Source of the DNA: Octopus bimaculoides
Taxonomy: Eukaryota
DNA length: 64,000 nt
Direction of reading: 5' to 3'
Assembly: GCF_001194135.2 (NCBI RefSeq)
Contig: NC_069005.1
Span: forward strand, 30,357,657-30,421,656
In this document: piece by piece, positions 27,595 to 41,039 of the stretch
Layout: each line of letters opens with the position of its first letter
How positions within the stretch are numbered: the stretch's first letter is position 1
Translations under genes and position numbers: made by a program
The notes under the pieces: model-generated
Seen by the model: the letters and a program-made list of their open reading frames with translations, nothing else
Databases searched by the model: none
What the model was told of the DNA's origin: nothing

Positions 27595-28317
27595 GCGCGT
27601 ATATACACACGAGACAAAAAGAAATTTATTACAGGGCCAGATTTTTCTTAATCACTTCGTTGGATGTACAATGACATGAAACGAATGAAAATAAATGTAC
27701 CTTGATCCCTCGCTTTATAAGTTGAACCCTAACCATATGTTTTATAGAACGAAGGCTGATTATCTAATCTAGGACATTTTCAAAAAATGCGCCTTAACAA
27801 AACCGTCAAATCCGGAATTTACTTAATTGCGTCTAAATCCTAGTGCGAGAGGCGTGCTTCGACACCCATTCCACGCAACTACATTGTGTGGATAATGTAG
27901 GTATTGAACTACTAATATAGATTATAAATTCAAAATCTGCTAGCCATCTAGGATCTTCTACCATATCACCAGAGATAAACGAGTGCGTCAGCTAGTGAAA
28001 GAGGAGGGGAGAAAGCTATATGACATTCAAGCCTGGTTATCTGCATGTGTACTTTTATGAACACATTTCAAATAAATCCTTAACTCAGATAGTGTTTAGT
28101 CCCGAGTCGGCCCCGAGTAAGCAGACCCATTGTTCGGAGGTGATCGAGTCAAAATCATCCCGTCGTTGTGCATTATCATTCAGTACATTATTCGACGTGT
28201 CCTCTGAACTGAGATCGAATAGCCACGTAAGGCTTCCTCGGTTCCAAGTCAGCCCTGATCAAAGATCATCGAGTGATCTACAGGTATCTAATGTATCCCC
28301 ATTCCATCTCTCTCCTT

Positions 28318-28354
<37 letters not shown>

Positions 28355-28479
28355 GGGCAGGTGAATGTAAGGTATGCTTGATTGCCATGTGTATGAGATA
28401 GCTGGCCGGTACATCCGAGCCCAAAGCAAATCTGCATCGTGAAAAGAAATTGCGTAAAAAAAGACCCAAAAGCCTTGAT

Positions 28480-28520
28480 TTAATTATTCAGGTGATCACG
28501 TTGATCACCTGAATAATTAA
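28480..28520. repeat. Perfect 19-bp inverted repeat with 3-nt loop
   Basis: TTAATTATTCAGGTGATCA cgt TGATCACCTGAATAATTAA. Confidence 0.95.
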
Positions 28521-29024
28521 CCAAAATAAGAGTCTTAACAGGCTCGTGAGAAAATGGGGGACGCGGGAGGAGGGGCAGGAACAGAGGGGCTAATTGAGGG
28601 AGGAGGGAAGGAGAACGAAAGAATAAGAGATATGGCGGGGTGGGGGGCACCACAGAGGTGGAAAGGAGAAAGGGAGGTTATGGACGACGGAAGTGCGGAC
28701 TTGTTTTAATGTGGGAAACCTAAATGCCGTCATTATAAACTTCCACTGGTGTGTGTGTGTGTGCAATTTAACTTAACGCTTGTGTGTGTAGATGCATGTC
28801 TAAACGCGCTTGTATATATATGCACGCAAACAAACATTCTTTTGGACATCTAGACAATGTGTGTGTGTGTGGAGCCTGTACTTATGCTACCTAAGAACGT
28901 GAGCAGTATGATCGTGTATCTAGAAATAATCATTTCAAACGAANNNNNNNNNNCCTCAGAAAGAGAGAAAAGAAAAGAAAATGTAGGTGAAAAGAATTGT
29001 TCCCCAAGTGCGTAACCACTGCCC

Positions 29025-29059
<35 letters not shown>

Positions 29060-29696
29060 ACTGAACCTTTTAAGGGCATTGCATCATAAACAGCCTGTGC
29101 TTTTCTCCACATCACTCTAAAATCAACGGGACTGGAAAGGAGATAGATACTGTACAGTAAAACAAATAGAATCCGTTAAGGGGAAATTGACGAAAGCGTA
29201 GAATAAAGGGCATAAATTATATGTAGCGACACAATCGACTATATACACACACACGCACGAACACAAACCATATAGTGCTGAAAGGAAATCTTCACTGGCA
29301 GGTAAAGTTTATTTATATACACGAAAATGAGCCAGACAGCTAGACTGACGGCAGCAACAGTTATGAAACACCAGCCGCAGATGTCAGATGCGGATACCTA
29401 GCAAGCACAGAGGTCGTTATTTACCCTCCATCTAAGTTACGGGTAGCTTGGTATATAACATACAGGGTTTATTGAAGATCAAGCTGTGTAGAGGAACGAA
29501 GGCCTATTGGCTCGTTCATTCAGTTTCCGTCCACAAAATTCATTCACAAAGCTTTTGATCGGCTTGGGGTTATAGGTGCTGCACAGTGGGACTGAACTAC
29601 AAACTGCGCGTTTGCATAGCGAGTTTCCCAACCACACAGTCATGCCTGCAATATATATTTAAAAAAAAAAAAAACCTTTTTCTCACATACACACAT

Positions 29697-29888
29697 AAGG
29701 GGGTGCTGAAAGTTCATGACTTTAAGGGTGTTCCAACCTTCCGCGATCTTTTACAGGGCTTAGAAAAACTGAAGGGCTTCTGCACTAAGTTTGTGAACCT
29801 AAAAAGGGGAATATGTTGAATAAAATCATAACTGATCCTCCAGTATTTTCTTTTCTAACCCAAAGCCAGGATCTTTTCAGCACCCCTT
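29697..29888 (+). mobile_element. Non-autonomous mariner derivative
   Basis: TIRs AAGGGGGTGCTGAAAGTTCATGACTTT and (reverse complement) AAGGGGTGCTGAAAAGATCCTGGCTTT. The internal LLQGLEKLKGFCTKFVNL..EYVE* resembles a mariner transposase C-terminus. Confidence 0.75.
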
Positions 29889-31830
29889 GGTGCGTGTGAA
29901 GTAAGTCTTAATTTTACATTTGCTAGGAATTCTTCGAAACAACAGTTTTATCCTCAAACCATTTTCTCATTTTTAACACCTTAATACGACATAAACCAAT
30001 TAATCGAGCCACTCTTGCTATTAGCTTTTTTTAAAAACTTTTTCCATATCCATCAAAGTACTTGCCTTTAATCTACCAATATCCTCTGTTCAATAACTCC
30101 CCTTAATCTATATCCATAGAATTCCTCTTTCATTAACCTACCGAAATCCTATATCCCCATTTTATTTTAGCATCCATTTAGCAAAACACACATCACATCG
30201 AGTTAAGCACAGTGTCTTCCTGGAAATTCTTCCATTTTACTGTCTCGCGCGCACACACACACACACACACACGAACACACGTAGCTACAACGTGACTAAT
30301 GACGGCTGGTAAACAAACTTCGAACTCACTGTCAGCAATTTCCTGACAAACATGAATGTGTGCGCGTGTATACACACACAAATGCAACCTCGTGAGACGT
30401 TACAAAAGCATAATTACTGGGGGGGGGGGGAGTGTTTATATATATAATTAACCAACATTAAATGACGAAGTATATTTTAATAGCTGAGCCTCGACTTGGT
30501 AAACATTGCTTAAATACCGTTATATTTTTGATCTTTTACATGGATTGCGGCCATGCTGGGGTACCCACAGTTTTGAAGTACCGAGTCGAACAAATTCGTC
30601 CCTAGTATCTAATTTTTAAGCCTGGTACTACTTGGCCTATCGGTAAACGAACCAATACCAGTTGTCAAGCAGTGGGCGGGGGACAGACAACACAAAGATA
30701 CCTGCAAGAAATAGTAGCCAGCCGTCTTAGTAAAGGACACTACATGTGCTTCTTGCTTCTATGAACATACGAAAAGATAAAGAAAACGCATTGGGATGGA
30801 ATGCCTTTGGTTATAGGTCTGCTTAATCATGGTTCATCTTGGGATTAAAAAAAAAAATACTCCGCAAGAGTACACCATTTTGGAAAAACCCTTAGACAAT
30901 ACATAGCGCTAACACGCTATCTTAAAGATATCATTTAAGATTTGCGTGAGTTGGCAATATATATATTTGACGCACAAATACACACCAGATACTGTTATAT
31001 CTTCTGCTTGATGTTATAGAGATACTCAAAAGTGACTGTGATAAGTGACTTCCACCTCCAAAAAGAATCAAAATTTATCAATGAAATCGGGAGACTAGAA
31101 GAATTGTAATGAATAATTATGGTAAGACTAAGACCAAGAGGAACACAAGCTTTCAGTCAACGTGAGCAAGTTTGTGTTTATGTAGTACTGCATGCATCTG
31201 TGTGCAGATTTGGCAACAATATGCTTCAGAAGCAAGCAATAGCAAATGATTTGAATGGTTGAAAAGCTTAAGATAAATCCGGTTTTGTTGAAAATGCCAT
31301 TGATATCACTATCTAGTTTTGTTTCTGCACGTGCTGTACAATAAGGGTGAAAGTACAAATGCACTGTAAACAGCTGTGTGTGTGTGTGTGTGTGTNNNNN
31401 NNNNNNNNNNNNNNNNNNNNNNNNNNNNNNNNNNNNNNNNNNNNNNNNNNNNNNNNNNNNNNNNNNNNNNNNNNNNNNNNNNNNNNNNNNNNNNNNNNNN
31501 NNNNNNNNNNNNNNNNNNNNNNNNNNNNNNNNNNNNNNNNNNNNNNNNNNNNNNNNNNNNNNNNNNNNNNNNNNNNNNNNNNNNNNNNNNNNNNNNNNNN
31601 NNNNNNNNNNNNNNNNNNNNNNNNNNNNNNNNNNNNNNNNNNNNNNNNNNNNNNNNNNNNNNNNNNNNNNNNNNNNNNNNTGTGTGTGTGTGTGTGTGAT
31701 TGAAAACCAGGAGGTGAGTGGATATTTATGTACATCCCAAACTCTTTTACTGAAAAGTTTTCCACAGCATAACAATGACCAACATATGTTTCTACTGCAG
31801 CAACTGCACACATTGCTCTGTATGCAATTA

Positions 31831-31864
<34 letters not shown>

Positions 31865-34049
31865 CAAATTAAGAGAATGGAGCAGGACTCCTTAACAACA
31901 ATGTAACCTTCATTTGACTAAGGTATCTTCGGCCCGATTAGTAGCTAGCGGAGTACCCCTGGTTGAGTAATTATTACTTCTTAGGATTTCCTAGCTAGGA
32001 AACATATGTGGCCCAGATTTTACCTGCTCCAATCCCTCAATTTTGATTTGCATTCATGGCAACTCTAGTTGTTGAGCATGAACTATAAAACAACTTTATT
32101 CAGCTTATTAAACTTTGATATGGGAAAAAACCTATCACCTTCAGCATCAAACTGTTATTGTTCCTGAAAGTTTCTGTCACATCATTCACCTTCTTGGATG
32201 TTTCTCTTGAACAGATTGAAACAGGAGAGAATACTCTTTGGTCTTGCTGGGGACAAAGCAGCCTCTTCTGTGCTGTTGCCATGGATAAAGAAGCTCAAAG
32301 TATTAAGTGGTCTTTGACGAGATATTAAATGAAACAGCTTTTGCTGGCTTCATTGTTTTAAATATATAAAACACACACACACACACGTAATTTGAGCCTG
32401 CATCTTCAGTGACACTTCAAACCACAGTAGATAAAATTATTAATATCAGAACGTACATCTGCATTGTGAACACTAATTTTTAACCATTTTATAAATAAAT
32501 GTGTGTGCATATCAGGCTATGTGGTTAAAAAGCTTGCTTCACAACAGTTTTAATTTCAATTCCGCTGTATGGCAACTTGGGTGTGCGTAGTCGAAAACCT
32601 TGGATTAATCAATGCCTTGTTAGTGGAATTTCATAAATGGAAACTGCACTGAAGCCTGTCGTTTGTGTGCGTGTATGCACGCGCGCACATGTATCATTAC
32701 ACCAACACTTAGGTAGTTGCAATATGTGTTTTCAATATGCTGCCTTTTCAATTTCTTCACATTTCTTCTCATTCAATTTTTCTAGTCCGTTATGATATGT
32801 GGTTTGTACCTGATAAATATGTTTGAGATATTCCTCAACATATGAAACTATTAGCATGTATTTAAAGACATGTATCATGTCCTTTAAATAAATAATATAC
32901 ATATCTTATTTAACGTTCCTTTTCTCTCCACACTGGTATGGGTGGGACAATTTGATAGGAAGCAACAAGCCAGAAGGGTTGTGCAGAGCACCAAGGTCTG
33001 CTTTGGCATGGTTTCTATCACTGGATGCCCTTCTCAACACCATCCACTTTATAGCATGTACTTTTTCTTTTATTAATCACTCACACTAATTTTTCACAGA
33101 TAACCCATTCTTGACATCCATCATGCTGTTGCCACCAACCATTTCTAGGACCCTCTATCACTTGCTCTTTCTCTTCACTAGCAAGCATGTGGTTGCCATT
33201 AGTGTGTCTCTCCCATCACCCTCGTTTCTTTTATTACACTCTTCCATTGCTCCAAGCATCATCTGTCTACCACTTCTTGCACTTTCCTATTTCCCCTTCA
33301 TCTTCTACACAGTCACCCCAATTACTATCTCACCATACTCTTACCAATCCCTAGTTTATCTCCTGCGACCACCACTTCTACTCATTCTGTAAGTCAATGT
33401 TAATTTGAACAACTGGGCAGTGTTGTCAGTGAGAACTTATTTTGTCTTGTGAGGTACAAGGCAACTTCACCGGTGGAGGTGCCACAATAAAAGTACTCCT
33501 TAGAAACCTGACTGACATTTGAACAAAGAACGTAGATTGAGGTCTTAAAAACATAACTAGTACCAAGTGCCAAACAAAAAAGTGGTCAGTGTTAGGAAAG
33601 ACACCCAGCCATAGAAACTGATTTGAATCATGACAACTCCAACCCATGCCATCATGGAAAGCGAATGTAAAGTGTGTGTGTGTGTAGAGCACGCCAGACT
33701 AGAGGAACCTTAGGAGATACAATACCAAAATTATGTTATATATATTCCCTGCTGGCATAGGGCGAATGAGACTTCTTGAAGTATTCTACAACCAGATGCC
33801 TTTCTTGCTGTCAACCCTGAGCGTTTTCAAGTTAAGGTACTTTATTATTCAACTTATCTTCATATGATAAACCACAACACAAATTCGTACTACAATTGGT
33901 ACAAATCATGGGCTTCCATACAATTTCTAATGACTGGATTACTTTTAAGACATTAAGGAGAGTTGCCTCAAGGCACCACAATCCTAAGCTATGCAGTTAT
34001 AAAGTTTATTTCTTAATCGCATAACCATACCTACATCATATTACGTGTG

Positions 34050-34050
34050 T

Positions 34051-34098
<48 letters not shown>

Positions 34099-34235
34099 AA
34101 GAGAAAGAGAGAAAGAGAGAAAGAGAGAGAGAGAGAGAAAGAGAGAAAGAGAGAAAGAGAGAGAGAGAGAGAAAGAGAGAAAGANNNNNNNNNNNNNNNN
34201 NNNNNNNNNNNNNNNNNNNNNNNNNNNNNNNNNNN

Positions 34236-34296
<61 letters not shown>

Positions 34297-34390
34297 TAGA
34301 GATAGAGAGAGATAGAGAGAGAAAGAGAGAGAGAGAGAAAGAGAAAAAGAGAGAAAGAGAGAGAGAGAGAGAAAGAGAGATAAAGAGAGA
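34050..34390. repeat. (GA)n/(GAAA)n microsatellite interrupted by a gap
   Basis: Read directly. Confidence 0.95.
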
Positions 34391-35357
34391 ATCTCAAGGG
34401 ACAACCCACTGTGAAACATTTTGGGCAAATGTCATTTCCTATGACTTCGGCCTCCTAAGTGAACAGAAATTAAAAGGTTGTTAGGTATATTCAACCAGGA
34501 TAGGACTCCAGGATATACTGTCGTCCCACTAATTTTACCTGACAATTATGTTAAGGGTATATGTCTGGAATACACAGCCACCTATGTGTTAATTCAGGTT
34601 TAATGAACAATTGTATCCCAACTTTCAAATGACGGAGAACCATCACCACACACATTTTATATATGTGTGTATATAAGGTGAGCTAGCAGAGAGCTTTTAG
34701 CATGCTGGACAAAATGCATAGCAGTATTGCATTTGTGTTTATATTCTGGGCTCAGATTCCACTGAAGTCAACTTTGCCTTCCATACTTTTGGGATCACTA
34801 AAATAAACACCAGTTAAGGGTCAGTGTACTTGCCCCTTCACTAAAAAAACAAAACTGGTGGCTCTGTGCCAGAATTTCAAACCATGAGATTATGTGTTTT
34901 GCGTGTGTGTATATATGTGTGAACTGGTGATTTTGAAATTTGAAAGAAAGACTACTTTTGCAAGTGACATCACCTGAAGAAACAAACATCTTATTTCTGA
35001 TGTATGTTATTGAAACTTCACCTTACATTAATGGCTCGCCTAATTATTAAAAAAAAAAAATTAAAAAAACCCCACACAGACAGAAGTCACTTGTTGCAGG
35101 GCCATGCCGCAGGATTGATCTTGGGACCATCATGACACAGTGAGAGCGTTCACTTTACCATTGAGCTATCATCTACATCACTAGTTTGCGCTCCCAGCCA
35201 TTCTCTCCATCTCTTCTTCGGTGCGTCTTAGTAATTAAAATATTGGCAGTGAGCCACCAATATTCGAAGTGGTCGATTCTTAGAAAGTAAATTGTCAATT
35301 CCACTGTATCAAAACAGTACTCCTAGTACAGTCATATATATTTCTGTACATACACGA

Positions 35358-35414
<57 letters not shown>

Positions 35415-36898
35415 CAAACATTTATTTATACAAATGTTTGTGTATTTGCAAATATGTAGATGCTTGCTTGTGCATGTATGCATACGCTCGTGTGCATGAA
35501 TGTATGTACACACACATATTCCCATATTTTACATAATTGAAACTTAAGAATTTAATCAAACTAAAATCAGACATGCCACATATTTCCTTTTTTTTTGCCA
35601 ATTACGAGGAAATTAGTTGAGTAGGCATCTTCCTTTAGTCACTGTAGAACAGGTTTAAAACAAGCCACTTTGCTCTATTGCAAATAAGATTCAGTTATCT
35701 AATTTTTTTTTTAATTTCAGTAATTTTCTTCAAAAATTTTATTCCAACAGACAGCCTAAAATTAAAGTACATTTTTCAACAGGATTTCCTTGCTTCCAGA
35801 AATGGAACAAAAAAATTTTTTCAGCCGAGATACAAGTACCACAGCAACTAAGTCATTAATTCTTCATCATGGAAAACATTATTAAACATGTTTTAGTGAT
35901 ACAAATGAAGCTAGAACTACATAGAAGATGCTCCAATGAGACAAATTTCTGATTCTGGAAGATTCCACTACTATGAGAAGCAGTTTAAGAAAGGGACAAT
36001 ATTGTGCTACAACAGCAACTTCGGTCAACAGCCCCCAACAGTTGCTTTGAAGGGCAAAGCTTCTCAGTCAGCATGTACTATTTATTCTCAATCTTCTCAC
36101 CTGATGAGGAAAAACTGTCGTTAGCATTTTACTTTCTCTGCTGTCCGTCAAGGAGTTTATTTTTACCTGACAGGTATGCAGACACTTCTCGTCTATTCAT
36201 ACGCTGGCGTCTAATCTCCAGCACAGACTGGCGTATACACGTTTCATCATCAGTGAGGATTTCTTTTTCCCTAAGAAGGCATCACCTTCATTGCTATAGT
36301 TAGGTACACGTCTGTATCAGATTTCAAAACGAAATCTCTCTTTGCAACTCCGCATGCTGTTTTGGGACCCACCTTGCGCTAAAACTGTTCTAAAGCCAAG
36401 TCTGTATGATGGATGATTTAACGGGTAGAAACATTAACTAAATAACATTTGCCTCTTCAATAGCCACCCACCTATTAAACAGAACCATCTCACAGACGGT
36501 AGCCAAACTTTTGGTTTCCTCATAATATACAACATTTACACAAATATTAAAATTGTCAAACCCTAGCAGTAATACACTGCCCCCTACAAGTACCAAAAGC
36601 CTAAAATGGGCAAAAGTTTAATGTTCTACCTTCGGTGAACAGAAAATTACTCACTAAACACTGTCCTTCTTTAGAGCAAACAAAATGGAGATGTTCTGTT
36701 TAATGTAACAACAAATTAACTGACATCTCAAGCTCAAAGCCGCATCATAATCATTCGAGATACAATTTCAAATGCAAAACAAACAAATCTCCCATCAACA
36801 GCCAATTTTCTTTCCATGAAAATAGCACATTATGAATAAAACTTCACCATAAACATACACACAAATCACCTATATAGGCATCGACATATATATATATG

Positions 36899-36955
<57 letters not shown>

Positions 36956-36980
36956 GCATGCATGCACATATACATGCATG

Positions 36981-37090
36981 CATGTACATATATACACATG
37001 CATGTACATATATACACATGCATGTACATATATACACATGCATGTACATATATACACATGCATGTACATATATACACATGCATGTACATA
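36981..37090. repeat. 20-bp tandem repeat (CATGTACATATATACACATG)x5+
   Basis: Read directly; follows a long (TA)n. Confidence 0.9.
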
Positions 37091-37304
37091 TATATATATG
37101 TATTTGTATATATATACATATATAAAAATGTATATGCACATTTATATTCGTTTAGTCTGTCACTTATTTCAGTCTTTTGACTGCAGCCATGCTGAAATAC
37201 TGTCTCATATACACACACACACACACACATTCACATGTATAACTCCATACGTGTATATATGTACTCTAAGTGTATACAAGCCTATAGGTTAGTGTGTGTG
37301 TATG

Positions 37305-37345
<41 letters not shown>

Positions 37346-38058
37346 GTATGGATATATGTGTATATATATATGCGTTTGCATGCGGATGTGTATATACATG
37401 TATACAAACTACCTGCACATACATAGACACACTATTCACAAAGTGTACTGTAATGCTACATTAAAAACTGCAACGGTCACATGTACGTGTGTGTGAAAGA
37501 TTTCAAACAGACAAAATGTAATCAGAAACGTATGACCCAAGAACAGCGTTTAAGATATATATATATGCATTTATCAAATGAAAGCAGCGATATGAAGTTA
37601 ACTGGGTGCCACATCAAGCTAGTTTAGGGGTCAGTAACGCATCATAAAGATGCCCTAAATGAGAAATTTAATTATGATTTTGTCTAAGATATATTTTGTA
37701 GATGGCATCATTTACATGGAGGACCAAGATCTGTTTGCCCTAAGAACGGCTGGTTCATATAGGTGAAGACAGAGGTTCCACTTTTTTTTATCACCCAACC
37801 TTGATAATTCACCTGATTGCAGAAAGACAGACACCAGAGACAATTATGTCGAATGTTAACCCTGCAAGACGAAGTAAATTAGGGGCCGAAATTTCAGATA
37901 GGTAGACCCTTACATTGCAGGTCCTAATTTCGTTTTAAAACAAAAAAGCTTGCCCTAAAATAAAGCTTATAATGTTTATGTGGATTCACTAAAATATAGC
38001 ATTATTACTTAAGCAACTTCATGATGTACTTGTTAAATACAGTCTTGATATACACACC

Positions 38059-38094
<36 letters not shown>

Positions 38095-38099
<5 letters not shown>

Positions 38100-38319
38100 T
38101 TGGTGCATAATTATTGCAGCTTTTTTTTCAACAAGATTTATTCAACTAAAACAACGATATTTAACAAAAACATCTTAAAATGACAGTCTGACCGTCTGCC
38201 AAGCAAATGGAAAGCATTAATTGAAGTAGATGGTAAATATGCTCCGGAATAACCATTTAAAAATGTTTTTGTTAAATAAAATTTGAAAAAACAGCCGCAA
38301 TAATTATGCACCAACCCAA
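38095..38319 (+). mobile_element. Non-autonomous mariner derivative inserted in (TA)n
   Basis: TIRs GGTTGGTGCATAATTATTGC(A/G)GCT at both ends, flanked by TA. The internal DRLPSKWKALIEVDGKYAPE* resembles a mariner transposase C-terminus. Confidence 0.85.
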
Positions 38320-38742
38320 TATATATATATACATACACACACACACCACGTATGTGCGTGTGTGTGTAGTGCGACTACATTCACAAACTTTATTCGTGCC
38401 ATAGTTTTGTAACATCCATGTATATTCGTAGAAAGGTTTCTCACCTGTTTAAGAATATTGATTAAATGACAATCGTTAACACTGCAATGCCTATAATATA
38501 TATTTGTAATTATCGAATTCAGTCAAGTGAATAAATAACCATTCTTTCTGATATCGGCACAAGGCCTGAAATTTGGTGAAAGGGGTCAAGTCGATTACAC
38601 CGACCACAGTTGTTCAACTGGTACGTATTTAATCGACCCCGAAAGGATGAAAAGCAAAATCGACCTCGGCGGAATTTGAACTCAGAACGAAGTACTAAGC
38701 ATTTTGCCCAGCGTGCTAACGACTAGGCCAATTCACAACCTC

Positions 38743-38973
38743 AATAATAATAATAATAATGCTTTCTACTATGGGCACAAGGCCTGAAATCTTGGGGGAG
38801 GGAGTAAGTCGATTATATCGATCCCAGTACTCAACTGGTACTTATTTAATCGACCCCAAAAGGACGAAAGGCAAAGACGACCTCGGCGGAATTTGAACTC
38901 AGATCGTAAAGCCGGACGAAATGCCGCTAAGGATTTTTGCCCGGCGTGCTAACGATTCTGCCAGCTCGCCGCC
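38743..38973 (-). mobile_element. tRNA-headed SINE family A, near-intact copy with (ATT)n tail
   Basis: GGCGAGCTGGCAGAATCGTTAGC...GAGTTCAAATTCCGCCGAGGTC...CAGGCCTTGTGCC. Many diverged copies: about 1680-2100, 10870-11985, 15880-16030, 20970-21270, 34680-34890, 38540-38735, 38985-39175, 49745-49920. Confidence 0.85.
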
Positions 38974-40816
38974 TAATGAAAAATAATTTCTGATTAAAGT
39001 ACAAAACCAGAGGGTCAGTCGATACCATCGATCCCCCAGTACTTGATTGGTACTTTATCAAGCCTAAATGGAAGAAAAGGTAAAGTCGACCTCCGCGGAA
39101 TTTTAACTTAGAATGAAATGAGCCGAATGAAATACGACTAAGCATTTTGTCCGACGCTCTGAAGATTCTGCAAAGAAATTAAACGCAAGTTTATTAATTA
39201 GCATCCGACAAAAATTACGTACATCTACTTCATTTATTATTTAATCTGATGATTCGTTGATTAAAAGTACAGCATCTCAAAAAGGATTCCGAGTTTTGGA
39301 TCGACTTTAAACAGCAAGTCATGTTGTACAACATAGCGACGAGCCCGTACGCAGAAGCTGCTTTTCATTCGGAGGGCCAACCTACCATGGGTTAACCTAG
39401 GGGAGTCATATTAACATATCTATTGCAGAACCCCCACCCACCCCACGAGCAATACACTGGGCCCTATTAGTATTTGGGAGTAAGTCACAACATACTGACA
39501 AGAATTGGGCCCATAGACTCGTGAGACTCCAGAGCAGCTGCCCCGTATGCCCAAGCCTGCTCCTCAGTGAAACGTGGTTCACATTTGAGTATCGAACCCG
39601 GTCAGCGGGCTTTTGACAGCTTCCACTAATATTTCAACTACTGGGAGACAGTCCGCAAGTACACTTAGTTACAAACACGGATGCACCTTAAGTATCCATT
39701 GCATAAATATAGACACATTATTAGGTCATACAATAAGAGATCGTTAGACAAAATTTTTAGTAACCCAATCACCTGTAGTAACCGCCTCCACTCCCCAAAG
39801 CTTTTTAATTGAGTCATGACAATTTATTTCCCAAACCAGAAAAAACCTTAAGCCATCCTCAATATTTCACATACTTTGTATGCGTGTCTGATATGTAGAT
39901 CAAATTTAAAGACAAAAAAAAAATCGATTTAATGTGTGGGGACGACCTCATTATGATTTGGCGTTTAATTAAGTAAAAATTTTCAACTAAAAATTAAGAC
40001 TACGTACTACAGAGTAAGTACCAAACCAACAGAGGGGTTGGGGAGACCCTACACAGCCGTTTGACTTACTAGAAAACGCAACCAAATCTCCTTGAAATAA
40101 TCTTATACATTATACGCACACGCACATAGCTAGGAAGGAGACATTGGAATAAGAGTTTCTGATACAGGCAAGGTGGCCACAGTTGGAACCCCTTTGATCA
40201 CAAGTCTTTTCGACAAGGACTGGTCCGGCTTGAGGTTCCTAAACAACACATTCTTGATTCAAGAATGAGCGGCAGGCTCTTATTACGTGGCCGCCTCTGT
40301 AAGAAACAACAGTCAAATCTCCCTCAATTTCACATTTTTTTCCCCAAGACAAAACACTGAACAGTTTTTGGAGACAGACAATATTGTCTTAAATCGTAAT
40401 GATTTTTTTCCCCGGTATGAGACAAATTAAATACGATAAAATTAAGATTAAAAAAAAACGAAAAAAGGTTTTTATTCCTAAATTGTTTATCGTTTCAGTA
40501 TGATAAAATATGTTGAAACACTCAACACAACCAGAGCGAGGGAAGAAATAATGTGAAATTACATCAGATGGCCCAATCTGATGCTGCGGTATGGCTTTAG
40601 AATTCGATGCCATAGCAGAGACATAAGATCGAAATTGGTAGAAAAATAGATGAGAGGAAGTGGGGTGGGGGTAGAAGCACAGAGATGAGGAGGAGGAGGA
40701 GGAGGCTGAGAGAGGTCCACTGCAGAGAAAAAGATTTCATCTGATTCTGATAAAATGCTTTTAGCATGACGTTTGGTAAAGAAACAACACCTCAAACATC
40801 TGTGCACATTTTGTGC

Positions 40817-40859
<43 letters not shown>

Positions 40860-40980
40860 TATATACATACACACAGAGAGGAGACAGACACCTAGTCATA
40901 GAGACTGCCTCCGTACCAGAGGGAGATCTCTCTTCTCTCCTCGTGTGTATGTATTCTCCGTCACTACGAAATCTAGCTAA

Positions 40981-41039
<59 letters not shown>

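Noticed and set aside
36241-36253. CTGATGATGAAAC on the minus strand as a hammerhead core
   Set aside because: There is a single nucleotide between the core boxes and no stem I partner.
40389-40613. ORF MASNSKAIPQHQIGPSD as an alternative SERCA first exon
   Set aside because: The resemblance to YGPNE is superficial, and the available donor (GAT|GTAATT) is phase 0 whereas exon 2 needs phase 1.
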